Of a stretch of 64,000 nt of DNA, positions 14,466-27,088 are shown piece after piece. Under the pieces are notes generated by a model that ran no database searches, was not told where the DNA came from, and saw nothing but the letters and a program-made list of their open reading frames with translations. Source of the DNA: Camelus dromedarius (lineage: Eukaryota). The position numbers and the translations under genes were made by a program. The first letter of the stretch is position 1, and each line of letters begins with the position of its first letter. The stretch covers positions 48,300,001 to 48,364,000 of the forward strand of contig NC_087447.1 of NCBI RefSeq assembly GCF_036321535.1, in the 5' to 3' direction.

Positions 14466-14540
14466 CACACTGAAGAAGACTTCAAGGGAAGATTCAAAGC
14501 TCGGCCAGAACTGGAAGAACTGTTAGCCAGGTTGAACTAG
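14466..14540 (+). CDS. MRPL48: MRPL48 terminal coding exon (to TAG)
   Basis: Long pyrimidine tract, ctcag|CAC. Encodes [24 protein letters not shown]. Confidence 0.95.
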   Translation, partial: HTEEDFKGRFKARPELEELLARLN

Positions 14541-14745
14541 CTCATTGCAGACCCTTTCATGTTGGCACTGGTTATACTGTGTGCTAAGGAGAAGAGCTTC
14601 CTGGGTGGCCAAAGTTAAGTGGGACACCCTGACCCTCAATATCATTAGTACCCATCTCTTCCACTAGGAATGCCTCCTCTCTGTGGAGGAGTGCTTGCTA
14701 ATTGTCAACACTTTCTTTTCAGCTAACCCTAGGTATCCTCCATCT

Positions 14746-14751
14746 AATAAA
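14746..14751 (+). terminator. Likely MRPL48 polyadenylation signal AATAAA
   Basis: AATAAA about 205 nt after the stop codon, followed by a GT-rich downstream element (gtgtgtgtatgtg). Confidence 0.7.
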
Positions 14752-15178
14752 AATCTCCTGATGATGCAAGTGTGTGTATGTGAGAAGTCAGTCCATCCTG
14801 TGGAGTATCTTTAACTAAGAGATTCGATTTTTTTGTTTGTTTGTTTTCTGGTGCTTTAGCACACAAGCATGTTCTCCTTCAGTATTTCTCCACTTAGAGT
14901 GAACTCATCCTTTAAATCAGTCTGGCATGGAGTCCCTTTAGTGAAGCTGATGATCATAACATAAGTGAATTCTCTGTGGCTAGAAAGCATAGGGAGGGAG
15001 AGTTTGGCTTTGTATATAGAAGAACTCTCCAGATAGGATCAGGGTCTGTCCATAAGTGAAAAAAAATTCCCTTGTGGGATAGTGAGTGACTTGTCATAAG
15101 TATGCAGGTAGATGTTATAACTGCAGATGAGGGTTGCCTGGAATGACTTTAAGCAAAGAATTAAAGGTTGATCTTGGA

Positions 15179-15522
15179 CAGGGGTCAGAAAACTACAACT
15201 TGTGAGTCAAATCCCACCAACTGCCTATTTGCTTTTTAAAAGTAATTTATTGAGGCAAAATTCATGTCACAAAATTAACCATTTTAAGGTGAACAATACA
15301 GTGGTATTTAATGCATTTAGAGTGTCATGCAACCTCTATTTAGTTCCAAAACCCTATTGCCTGTTTTTATAGATAAAGGTTTATTGGAACAGAGTCTTGC
15401 TAAGTCATTTACACATTGTCTGTGGCTGCTTTTATGCTACAGAGTTGAGTAATTGTGACAGAGACTGTAAAGCTAAAACATTTATTATGTGACCCTTTAT
15501 AAAAATAGTTTGTCAAATCCTG
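15179..15522. mobile_element. MER58A-like hAT element interrupted by a short L1 3' fragment (~15230-15355)
   Basis: caggggtcagaaaactac...gcctgtttttatagataaaggtttattggaacag...atagtttgtcaaatcctg. Confidence 0.65.
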
Positions 15523-15530
15523 ATCTAAAT

Positions 15531-15677
15531 CAATGGTTCTCAAACTTAAGCATGCATCAGGATCATCTGGAGGTCTTTTTAAAAGACAAATTACTAAACT
15601 CCACCCCTGGATTTTCTGATTTAGTAGCTCTTGAGTACGTGCTGCTGGTCCAGAGTTACCTCTTTAAGAACCACTGG
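15531..15677. mobile_element. MER5A-like hAT element
   Basis: Terminal inverted repeats caatggttctcaaa / tttaagaaccactg. Internal catgcatcaggatcatctggagg. Confidence 0.65.
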
Positions 15678-16470
15678 TCTAAGTGACTGCTAATGTTTTT
15701 CCTACTCTGAGCATTAGTCCGTTCATACTTTTGTATATAATAGCTATCATTTATTGAGCTGGACTCTGCTAGGAACTATATTAGCTCTAATCCTCAAACC
15801 AGTTTTTTAGGGAGTATATAGTGTGCACGTGGATAGATATCCGTGTGTGTGAAAATGTGAGTATCTGAGTGTGTGAGTTTATCTCACTCACATTTATTGA
15901 GCCCTAATTATGCTATATACTTTATGTGGACTATCCTTGAGTTTGATGGTATTATCTCAGTTTTACAGATGGAGAAACAGGTTTGGAGAGATGAAGTGAC
16001 TTCCTAGGGTCACATAGCCAATAAGTGGCAAAACTCTCCCTGCTGTTCTCCACTACTTCTTTGGGATGCCCCTAAATAGAGGTCTGTGGGAGCTCAGAGC
16101 ATTCTTAGCATTGTATGTACTTTCGTGAAACTCATCAGTTTGGTTTCTTTGCCTTGGTTTCCAAAGGCAGTAAGAGGAAACTCAGATTTCTTCTCAAGGT
16201 ATAACACTTAGGGAGGGCTGTCAAGGTAGCAGGTGCCCTTAATTAAAATGCTGCTCTGAATTCAAATTGAAGGCTCAGCAGGCCAGGACTTCCAAGTGAA
16301 CCCCCACTGGAAGTGTGGGCAGAATTTGCGAGGTGAGGACTGATATTTTGGTTGCAGAATTACTCACTGCTGGGTGTCCGTTAGGGAAGATGAAAGAGCA
16401 GCAGTTAACAGATGAGTGTAAAGCTGGGGCATGTGTAGTGACTTGAACATAAAAAGGTGAATAAACATAT

Positions 16471-16473
<3 letters not shown>

Positions 16474-16522
<49 letters not shown>

Positions 16523-16606
16523 TCTCTCCCTCCCTCCCTCCCTCCCCCTCTCCCTCTCTCCCTCTCTCCCTCTCTCCCTCCCCCTCTCCCGCTCTTTCTC
16601 GCTTCC
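16474..16606. repeat. (TC)n/(CCCT)n polypyrimidine-polypurine tract
   Basis: About 130 bp of almost pure C/T on the plus strand. Confidence 0.95.
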
Positions 16607-19600
16607 ATATCACATGGGCAATAGGCAATGTGACATCGACTCCATTTAGGAACCTGGAATACGGCAGTGTATTCTAGTTGCCCACCTTTCCTTGTTACCA
16701 ATTTGTGAAAGCAAGATACAGGGTTTCATAAATTGACAAAATGTTAGAGCTGGAGGAAATTGGGACCCAGCTAGCCTAACCCTCTCTTTTAGCAACTGCA
16801 TGTTAGGGGCCCAGGAAGGGCAGTGCTTTACTCAAGGTCACAGTGCGCCTCACTGGCAGAGCTGAGAGCATGATCCAGATCTTTTGATTCCCAGTCCATC
16901 CCTTTCCATTACATCACTGAGGGATGAGTCAGGTTTATCTCTTAAACAGGAGGCAACTGGGTTCTGTCACTTTGGAGCTCTTGTGTCACTGGCCTAGTTG
17001 ATGATATATCCTCTCACCAGTCAAAGGACTTTTGTTGCTCATGATTAGTCTGCCCTGAAACAAATAGAAATTGTTCATAATGCCTTATCCTGGTAAGAGA
17101 GACAGAGATAATCTGATTGCTGGTACCTCAGAGTTACAAAATAATTGTAAGCTTCATTTGACTCTGCAGGGAAATGAACTTCTCTAGGATAATGTGGCAG
17201 TGAAATCAAATGGAATGCATCTCCTGGCTCTAGGTTGAAAATACCTCCCCCTCCCTCCCTGAGACAACTTATTATAAAGAAAAGAGGCAGACAAACCTGA
17301 GCTATTCCTAATTTCTACATTTTACGAATTCTGAGACTTCAGGTGAGTTATTTTAACTTCATTAAACCTCAATTTTCTAATCTGTAAAATGGGGATAATT
17401 TCTTTTTAGGCACTTAGATTATGTGTATAATGGACTGGCACGTGCTCAGTAAATGTTAGGTTACCTTCCTATTGAAACTTCTTTGGTATACTTTTTAAAA
17501 AGATTATTTTCTCATTGAGGTATAATTTATATATCGTGAAACACACAGATCTTAAGTGGATGTTTGATCAGTTTTGAAAAATGCAGTCACCTATAAAACC
17601 TACACTTCTGTTAAGATAAAGAACATTTCCATCTCCCTGAAAGGTCCCTTACATTCTTTCATAGTCATTCTTCCCAGACACAACCACTCATCTCACTCCT
17701 ATTGCCACAGATTAGTTTTGCCTATCTAGTACAATATATAAATATCAGAGTATGTACTCTTCTGTGTCTGACTTGATTCACTTACTCTGATGTTTTATCC
17801 ATGTTGTTGCATATATCCATAGTTCATTCCTTCAGCATACTTTTAGTTTTGAACCCAATAAAGGTTAAACTGTGTCTAGTACTGCTGCAAAAACATGAAG
17901 GCTAGACAGGAGAGAAGAAAGGGAAGATTAATGGATTAGAAGTCAGAGTACCTGGATTCTAGTTTTGGCTCTATCAATACATAACCTTTGAGATAATCTG
18001 TTTTGCTCTTCATTTTACAGATGAGTTAACTGGCCCAGGAGGGAAAGAGACTTGGCCAAGGTCACAGGGATAGCTCCAAGTCACTCGATTGCTGGTATTG
18101 TACACATTACTGAGATTTTTAGAAATGGATTTTTATGTAGATCAGTAACTTTCAAGAGGGACTGAATGCCCAAGTTAAATGGACAGTTTTCCTAGTGGAG
18201 GCCAGTGGATTCCTCAGCTTCACGTGTGAGCCCCATTCCTCTGGCTGAGGTAGCTTGGTCCTCCACCATCAAGCCTAAAAATTGCCAGCTGTGGATTCTG
18301 AAAGGGTATGTTCTAGTTGTAGAGAAAAAAAAATGGAATCTGGATGATTTGACCACTCAGATACTGTAGTAATGTTCAGAGACCCTGGTCCTGTCTGTAG
18401 GATATAAAGTGTACTTAGGCAAGGAAAGCTCTCTGAGCATGCATTGGGCATGTCTGCAACTGGACCTGCTGGCAAGGCACTACAGACAGAAGCAGCCAGT
18501 GTACCCCATGCTTGTTTAATCTGTACTTTGATCTCTTTGTGCTGTTTTTGTCTTCAAATGTCTGATTTCCCTGGAGAATCTGAAATGATTCACTTAGCTC
18601 TTATACCCACCCTGGAATAACTCATTCTCAGGCATTTCAGGTTGAGGGAATCAGCTCCACATTTAGACAGAATAGCCAGGCTCTGAAAGATGTTCAGGCT
18701 CTGAAGAAAGAAAGTCTTCTTCAGAAGATAGCTTAGAGAAGGAGAGAACCCTTCCCACTTCCTCTGCCTGCCTTAGGTCCCTGCTGGGGCAGAGCAGGGA
18801 GTCCTAGCATTCCATACAGTGGGCAAGTATAAAGTTTCAACCTGGACCCCCTCCAGTTCTCCTTGGATTTCTAAAGTCAGCAGCCCAGGACTTTGGCAAT
18901 TTTACCTGAGGGAGGAAGAGTGGGAGGAGTATCTTATTACTCATTTAGTAAAACACATTACAGTGCACCTTTGTACTGAGCACAGGCCACGTCCCCAGCC
19001 AAGGACCTTGCAGGGAAGAGCCAAATCATGAGTCTGCCTGAGGCCTAGCCAAGGGTGGCACCCAGCCAACAGGTCTCTCCACTCATCCCTGGCACTAAGC
19101 TTCTCTGCAGAGGTAGGTGTGGATTGTATAGGAACAGGCATGGACCCCCCTAAACTCCAGCTCCATGGCTGTGGGCTGCATAGCTGAGAGATTAAAAAAC
19201 ATACTAATCGAGAACACTGTGGGCAAGTTGTGCTGGTTAATTTCCTTTTTATAAAGCACTAAAAAAAGGTAAAGTAATATTTACACAGTAAGTAGGGTCA
19301 CTTAGTGTGTGTTAAGCACCATAATAGGCACTGGATGCTTGTGAGAGAGCAAAGAGCAAAGAATAGCACAGGCTTTGGAACAAGACACCCTTGGAGTCTA
19401 ATCCTCAGTCTGACCTTTACTTCCTCCTCTATAAAGGGCAGTTAGTTGAGTGTTAGGAGGACCAGAAGATAATGTAGCTCAGGACAGTGACTAGCACACA
19501 ATAATAATGGTGATATAGCTAACATCCAGTGAATGCTTACTATGTGCCAGACACTGTTGCCAAACTCTTTACCAGTACTCATTCTTTCAAGAACCCTATG

Positions 19601-19621
19601 AGGAAGATCTACATTAATTAG

Positions 19622-19717
19622 GTTTTTTTTCAATTATTTTTTTTGAGGTACTGGGGATCAAATTCAGGACCTTGTGCATTCTAAGCACATGCTCTACCAC
19701 TGAGCTATACCCTCCCC
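19622..19717 (-). mobile_element. tRNA-derived SINE (vic-1-like)
   Basis: Minus strand GGGGAGGGTATAGCTCAGTGGTAGAGCATGTGCTTAG...CCCCAGTACCTC plus A tail. Inserted in a MIR-like element. Confidence 0.8.
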
Positions 19718-20571
19718 ACTATATGCATTAGTTTTGATGCCTGTGAGAAAGGTATTATAACTACATTTTTAAAGAAGAAAAAACAGATCCTGAGATGTTA
19801 AGTAATTTGCCCAAAATCACACAGCCAGTAAGTGGCATAGTGGGATCTGAAAGTAGCATGTCATAGGGATTGAGACCACAGGTGCTGGAACCAGACACCC
19901 TGGGTTAAATGCTCCATACATGTGTTATAATAGATCAGTAAATGCTAACAAATTTTATTTCCAGATATTTATGTATTATCTTTCATTTAATTCTCTTAGT
20001 ATGCCTATTAAATAGGAATTATCCCCCTTTATTTGAGGAAACAGGCCTGAGTGGCAATAGAGGTCTCCTTGCCCAAACATTCTGTGACCTCCCCACAGTG
20101 TTAGCTCCCTGTTAGACTGGAGCCCTCCCAAACCTGTTCCCTACGCTTAGCTAGTTTGAAAGCCATTCCTCTTGCTGAGGAGGTCCTTATACCCTTCCCC
20201 TCTGCTAGAATCCCCTGTCCTACATCTATGGCCTATTATTTCTACTTTAATTACACAAATTAATACATAGATACATTTCTGTTGTAACAGATTTGAATAT
20301 ATAAGCAAATATAGTCCTTATGGATGGAACTTTACATTGTGACCATTTATTCACTATTATAAACAGTGCTGCAATGAATCTAATAGCATATACATCTTGT
20401 AAAAAGATGTTTAAGAGGATTCCTAAAAGAGGAATTACTGTTTAAATATTTAAGATATTTATAGATGTCACCAAATTGCCCTGAAAAGCATTACTAATTT
20501 ATGATCCCTTCAATATGTGAATATGTCTGTTTCCTTCCATCCCTACCAATACTGGTCATTAAAACACTTTT

Positions 20572-22886
20572 AATACACCCATTTATGATAAAAACTCTCA
20601 CCAAAGTGGGTATAGAGGGAACATACGTCAACATAATAAAAGCTATATATGACAAACCTACAGCCAGCATAGTACTCAACAGTGAAAAACTCAAAAGTTT
20701 CCCACTAAAATCTGGGACAAGACAAGGCTGCCCACTATCACCACTCCTATTCAACATCGTCTTGGAAGTCCTAGCCACAGCAATCAGGCAAGAGAGAGAA
20801 ATAAAAGGGATCCAAATTGGAATAGAAGAGGTAAAAGTGTCACTATACATAGATGACATGATACTATATATAGAAAACCCTAAAAGGTCCACACAAAAAC
20901 TACTAGAAATAATCGAAGAATTCAGCAAGGTAGCAGGTTACAAGATTAACATTCAAAAATCAGTTGCATTTCTTTACACTAATGATGAATCAACAGAAAA
21001 AGAAAGTAAAGGAACAATCCCCTTTAAAATAGCACCCAAACTAATAAAATACCTAGGAGTTAACCTAACCAAGGAGGTGAAAAACTTATACACAGAATAC
21101 TATAAAACACTGATTAAGGAAATTAAAGAAGACTTAAAAAAATGGAAAGATATCTCATGCTCCTGGATTGGAAGAATCAATATTGTTAAAATGGTCATAC
21201 TGCCCAAGGCAATCTACAGATTTAATACAATCCCTATCAAATTACCCAGGACATATTTCACAGAACTAGAACAAATCGTTATAAAATTTAGATGGAACCA
21301 CAAAAGACCTAGAATTGCCAAAGCATTACTGAAGAAGAAGAAAGAGGCTGGAGGAATAAGTCTCCCAGACTTAAGACAATACTACCGAGCTACAGTCATC
21401 AAGACAGCATGGTATTGGTACAAAAACAGACATATGGACCAATGGAACAGAATAGAGAGCCCAGAAATGAACCCACAAACTTTTGGTCAACTAATCTTCA
21501 ACAAAGGAGGCACGAATATACAATGGAATAAAGACAGTCTCTTCAGCAAATGGTGTTGGGAAAACTGGACAGCAGCATGTAAATCAATGAAGCTAGAACA
21601 CTCCCTTACACCATACACAAAAATAAACTCAAAATGGACCAAAGACTTAAACACAAGACAATATACAATAAACCTCCTAGAAGAAAATATAGGCAAAATA
21701 TTGTCTCACATACGTCTCAAAAATGTTCTCCTAGGGCAGTCTACCCAAGCAATAGAAATAAAAGCAAGAATAAACAAATGGGACCTAATGAAACTTACAA
21801 GCTTCTGCACAGCAAAGGAAACCATAAGTAAAACAAACGACAACCTATGGAATGGGAGAAAATTTTTGCAAACGATGAAATCGACAAAGGCTTTATCTCC
21901 AGAATATATAAGCAGCTCATATGACTTAATAAGAAAAAAATAAACAACCCAATCCAAAAATGAGCAGAGGACCTAAACAAGCAATTCTCCAAGGAAGAAA
22001 TACAAATGATCAATAGGCACATGAAAAAATGCTCAATATCACTAATTATCAGAGAAATGCAAATCAAAACTACAATGAGGTATCACCTCACACCAGCCAG
22101 AATGGCCATCATTCAAAAGTCCACAAATGACAAATGCTGGAGAAGCTGTGGAGAAAAGGGAACCCTCCAACACTGCTGGTGGGAATGTAGTTTGGTGCAG
22201 CCACTGTGGAAAACAGTATAGAGATTCCTCAAAAGACTAGGAATAGACTTACCATATGACCTAGGAATCCCGCTCCTGGGCATATATCCAGAAGGAACCC
22301 TATTTCAAAAAGACACCTGCACCCCAATGTTCATAGCAGCACTATTTACAATAGCCAAGACATGGAAACAGCCTAAATGTCCATCAACAGATGACCGGAT
22401 AAAGAAGATGTGGTATATTTATACAATGGAATACTATTCAGCCATAAAAGCCAACAACATAATGCCATTTGCAGCAACATGGATGTTCCTGGAGAATGTC
22501 ATTCTAACTGAAGTAAGCCAGAGAGAGAAAGTAAAACACCATATGAGATCACTCATATGCAGAATCTAAATTAAAAAAAACATAAATACAAAACAGAAAC
22601 AGACTCATAGACATAGAATACAGACTTGTGGTTGCAAGGGGGATGGGGGGTGTGAAGGGACAGACTGGGATTTCAAAATGTAGAATAGATAAACAAGATT
22701 ATACTGTATAGCACAGGAAATATATATAGGATCTTATGGTGGCTGACAGTGAAAGAGAATGTGACAATGAATGTATGTATGTTCATATATAGCCTAAAAA
22801 TTGTGCTCTACACTGGAACTTGACACAACATTGTAAAATGACTATAACTCAAAAAAAACAATGTTTAAAAAAATGGAAGAAAAAAA
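20572..22886 (+). mobile_element. 5'-truncated, relatively young LINE-1 (ORF2 RT domain to polyA), nested in an older antisense L1M
   Basis: About 420 uninterrupted ORF2 codons with RT motifs [13 protein letters not shown] and YIDD, and the C-terminal CWRSC...HCWWEC knuckle. Frameshift near 21835 and stops follow. 3'UTR and A-rich tail present. TT/AAAA target at 20559 with degenerate TSD aaaacactt/aaaatactt. Confidence 0.95.
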
Positions 22887-23416
22887 TACTTAATTTTTGT
22901 CAATAGAATCATCTAACAGTACTTTGTTTTTAAGACATGCATTTCTCTGATTATCAGTTATGTAGAATATATTTACATTTTCCTATGTTTTGTGGGTATA
23001 CTTAACTTTGTTTACTTGTCAGTTGGACTACTGCTTTTCTTTACTGATTTCTAGGTACTTTTTATTTGTTGCAGATGGTAATCCTTTCTGCTATATATGT
23101 TACAAATAGGTAATATCTACTTCATTTTTAATGGTGTCAACTCAACTCCATTCTCTTCTTTGAGATTCTTGCTGACAGCTGCAGTCCACACTGCTCCCTC
23201 TGATGACACACGACACTGAGCACACATGGCCCAACAGAGATTCATCTCTTTCTATACACCCAGTCATCCCCTTCTGCTTCAAGGCTGAAACTGGACTTTA
23301 TTATTCTTTGGACTGGTATTCCTCATATTTTCTCCCCTCTTTTCTCTTTCTCCCCTCTCCAAATACCAACACAAAGGCTCAAAGTAGTTTTAGGGCTACT
23401 GTATTTCTGATTTGTG

Positions 23417-23419
<3 letters not shown>

Positions 23420-23447
<28 letters not shown>
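23420..23447. repeat. (AC)n microsatellite
   Basis: Direct observation. Confidence 0.9.
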
Positions 23448-24277
23448 TCAAGAAATGTTGCTGCTATTGATGAGAGCATATGCCCCTTTGCACTCCAGCT
23501 CTGTAGCAGGGGTCACTCTCCCAGCTCCCTTCCAACTCCCAAATGCTTTACAGGGCTAGACAGAAAGTAACAGAATGGGTAATGCAGCTCCATGGAAGAA
23601 AAATGAAAAGCAGTGGCGAACTGTTGTGAACTGGAGAACACAACCACCTAAAAGAAAAATCATTATTCAGCTTCAGAAAATTGTCACGTAGGACTCTAAG
23701 CTCCACGTTGACAGCCTCACATTGTTCAAAAGCTGAAAATCTGTATGTTATGTTAATGTACTTTTTAAAACATCAAGCTAACATTGTGTTTGCTGGGTTG
23801 GGAGTGTGCTGAGTTAAGACTCTGCATTTTCTAATTCAACAGAGTCTGGCATATGAGAGGTACTCAGTGTTTGTTTCCCATTTGCTTTTCCTTCCATTAG
23901 ATTGACTGAAATATCCAGAACAAATGATGAGATAAAGTCATTTATATTATTGTTAGGATTAGTTGTTCTAGTGTTGTTTTGTTTCTCTCTCAAACCAGAC
24001 TAAGCAACATGAAGGCAGAGATCATATTTTCATCACATCAGTTTCCAACACGGTGCCTGGCACATGAGAAGGTCTCTGAAAACCCTGATATTTTTGAACC
24101 AGTGACTTAATAAATGAAGAAATGATTAGGTAACAAATTTACCTTTAGATTGTGAATTTACTTTAAAATTAAATGTCCATGTAATCAGCTCAGGGCTAGA
24201 CACACTGACCCAGGACACAGGGTAGGAGAGCATCCCTTAACTCCATTCTTGTTTTACATGGCAAATACTGGTCAGTA

Positions 24278-24283
24278 TTTAAT
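24278..24283 (-). terminator. Candidate COA4 polyadenylation signal (ATTAAA)
   Basis: Plus-strand TTTAAT about 240 nt past the COA4 stop codon. Confidence 0.4.
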
Positions 24284-24520
24284 ATTGGTGGCACAAGATG
24301 GATGAGGATGTGTGGGATCTCAACATGAAAATATGACAGCTTTTTATGGCAGAAATGTCCAAACCCATGGCTGCCTGGCTTTCAACCCCAGGCCCAAGAC
24401 TATCCCCAAGTCTTACACTTCTTGGCCCACACTTCCACTGTTTAGGATTTCTTCCTCCCATGATCTCTCTGGGTGCTAGTTTCTGCAGGGCCATCCTCTG
24501 GGGATAGGTGGTTTGGGATT

Positions 24521-24775
24521 TCAGCTGTGGGCACTGCTTTGCTCTTTCCTCCTCTGCAGCTCCTCCCTTCGCCTTGCCTGCTGTTCACTCATGCAATCCC
24601 TGAAGGCCTGCACCTGTGGCTGGCACTGTCGCCAGTCCTGATGCTGGGCCATGCACTCCTGCACTGCATAGTGGGAAGCAGCACAGCCAGAGCGGGAGAT
24701 CAGCTGATCCAGTGGGTCTTCTTCCTCATCCTCCTTCTTCATCGGTCGGGACCAGGTATGGCCTTGCGCTGACAT
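24521..24775 (-). CDS. COA4: Cytochrome c oxidase assembly factor 4 homolog (CHCHD8), 84 aa, single coding exon
   Basis: ORF MSAQGHTW...DPLDQLISRSG-C-x9-C-MAQHQDWRQ-C-x9-C-MSEQQ has a twin CX9C motif. A minus-strand acceptor (ttctag|AGACTC) lies 12 nt upstream of the ATG, so the exon starts at 24787. Position between MRPL48 and PAAF1 matches known synteny. Confidence 0.96.
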   Translation of the reverse strand: MSAQGHTWSRPMKKEDEEEDPLDQLISRSGCAASHYAVQECMAQHQDWRQCQPQVQAFRDCMSEQQARRREELQRRKEQSSAHS

Positions 24776-25439
24776 CTTTGGGAGTCTCTAGAACATCAAT
24801 GGAGGGAAGGTTAGAGTAGGGACATGATTATGTATGATGCTGTTCCTCTGTTGTAAGTAACACTGACCACTGCATTGTTATAGCCTATTTATACATATGT
24901 CTCCTCTTGGAGATTGTAAGCTATTTGAGGAGAGATACTGGGTCTGATTTACCTTGGCACTCCCTGGCAGAGAGCAGGCACTGCAAAATGGTTTGAACTG
25001 AACAGAATGAGATAAAGTACATGAGAATGCTTAGCACAGCACTAATAAGCTCGAAATGATTCTAATAATAGAATTGAATTAGCTATCTTCTTCCATCCAA
25101 TTGGCTTTATTCTACGGCTGGATTAGAACAAAGTTTAACACTTGAGAGAGTACCCAAGTATGGGTAGGGTTTGACATATGGGAGGAATGGAGAGAGCTGT
25201 GTGGCTGTAACATGGAGCATACAGGGTCCAGGGCAAGAAATGAGTCTGTGAGGTGAGTGAGTGTACTTAATATAAGGTGTATTCGCCCAGACTGTCTTCC
25301 CACAATAATCTGCTTCAGAATACCCAGCACAAGGTAGCATACAGAAAGGTTTGAAGAGAAATGACCTCAGGTTTTGTACAAATTTCACCATGACAGGCTG
25401 TAAATGAGCTAGGACTCTTTAATGCCTTTCCTGAGTCTC

Positions 25440-25950
25440 TGATTCATTCAAGAAATGATCACTGAGGAGCTATCACATACCCCGCATTATGCTAAAGTTA
25501 AGGATACAGGAGTGAGCAAGACAGACACAGTGCCTGCCTTCATAGAGTTTACAATCTAGACAAGTAAATAGGCTATTTACTTGTGTACAGTATGTACAGA
25601 CAGCTAAGACTGGGAACACAGTAGGGGAATACCTAATCCAGACAAGGGCAGGAATAGGCAGGGAAGGCTTCCTGGAGAAAGTGATTTCTAAACTGAGACT
25701 TGAAGGATGAATGAATAAGAGTTAGCCAAAGATATAAAGAATATTCCTGGTCAATGGATGAGCAGGGTGAGGGTCTGAGACAGAATGTGACAGAAGGGGA
25801 ATTGCAAGTTCTACATGACTGGAGAATAGAGTATGAGAACGGGAAAATTAATGAAATTGGTTAAATGAAAAAGTATCTGATCATAGCAACGCCTTGGTAA
25901 TCATGTTAAGGCGTCCAGAAGGCAATGCCGAAGTCACGAGAAGGATTTAA
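25440..25950 (-). mobile_element. L2 LINE fragment in the COA4 intron
   Basis: attcattcaagaaatg...gagcaagacagacacagtgcctgccttcatagagtttacaatctag...ggaaggcttcctggagaaagtgatttctaaactgagacttgaaggatga. Confidence 0.65.
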
Positions 25951-26768
25951 GGACTCTATACCTATACAAAACTCTCTGCTTTGGAGGCAGTATAACCTAA
26001 GAGAGGAGGGGGAAAATGAGCTTTGAAAACAGACTTGAATTGGAAACTTAGCTTTGTTACCGACTCTTTGAGTGACTTTGGGTAAACCACTTCAAAATCT
26101 CTCTTGAAAAACAGATAATATCTACCTCACAATACTGCTGACGACTAAATGAGATAACGTACGTTAAGGAGCCTGGCACGTCCAAAGAGTTCAATGAATG
26201 ATAGCTCCCGTACGTGTTTCCTCTTCCTAAATACAGTGAGCTCTTTTAAGGCAAGGGGCAAACCCCTTAGAACAAGTACGGTGGGAAAAACAGTGCCTTG
26301 GATCCTAAGCCAAGAAATCTGGGTTCGAATACCAGCACCTCGCCTTACTATGAACATGCCTTAGCGTGCAATCTTTTCTAAGGTAATATTTAACTCGCAG
26401 AGTTCCTGTAAGGATTAATATAATAATGAATGACACGTGCATGGGCTACAACAGAAATAAAGTAAATGCTACTGTACTTTTTCCCACCATTACCCAGCTT
26501 CAGCCTCCCCTGGAGTAAAGAGAGATAGACCCTTGCACAGAGATCAGGGCAAGCCAGATGGTCGGCAGCTGGTTGTGGAGGCTGGTCTGGACTAAGAAGG
26601 CATGGAAAGGATGGGAAAGCAGAGAAATCCAGGTGGCTAAGTCACCCAACGCTCCTCTCCCACCTTCAGAAGAGGACGCGTGCACGCGCGCCCCCACGCG
26701 GCCACCGGGCACACCCCCGTTGTGCCTGCTGCGCTACACCGCGCATGCACACGGCACACAGTGCTCAC

Positions 26769-26860
26769 CGATCAGGCTGACAAGACTCGAAGGACGCGCG
26801 CTCCTGCACAGCGGCGTCGGTTTTACAGGCAGCTGGAACTCTTCCGACCCTTCTGTCAGG
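26769..26860 (-). other. COA4: Probable non-coding first exon of COA4 (5' end approximate)
   Basis: Minus-strand donor TCG|gtgagc (plus gctcacCGA) inside the CpG island, about 2 kb upstream of the coding-exon acceptor. Confidence 0.55.
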
Positions 26861-27041
26861 AACCAGCCTCCTGTGGGGAGCGCGCGCGCGCAAATGGATG
26901 GGGTGGAGAAGAGGACCTATCGCGCATTTTCATTGGTGGTCTGTCGGTATAGATCCCGCCCTTCGTTCTCGACGCAGCTCCTTCGGAGGACCCACTTCCG
27001 GGAAAGAGCGGAAGAGGCGGTCTGGTGGAGGCGGGGTCAAG

Positions 27042-27088
27042 ATGGCGGCGCCTTTGAGGATTCAGAGCGACTGGGCCCAAGCCCTCAG
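27042..27088 (+). CDS. PAAF1: PAAF1 (proteasomal ATPase-associated factor 1, WD40) coding exon 1
   Basis: aagATGG Kozak context. Encodes MAAPLRIQSDWAQAL(R). Donor CAG|gtgaat. 47 bp. Confidence 0.93.

Noticed and set aside
16275..16701. Glu/Arg/Gly-repeat ORFs on the minus strand
   Set aside because: Translation of the (GA)n/(GGGA)n simple repeat.
20501..21943. 480-aa ORF as a novel reverse-transcriptase gene
   Set aside because: It is the ORF2 remnant of a 5'-truncated L1, with no endonuclease, ORF1 or promoter. The first ~24 residues come from flanking DNA and the end is frameshifted.
24473..24819. Plus-strand ORFs antisense to COA4, and the antisense ORF over the MRPL48 exon at 13433-13678
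   Set aside because: Shadow ORFs of real coding exons with no independent support.
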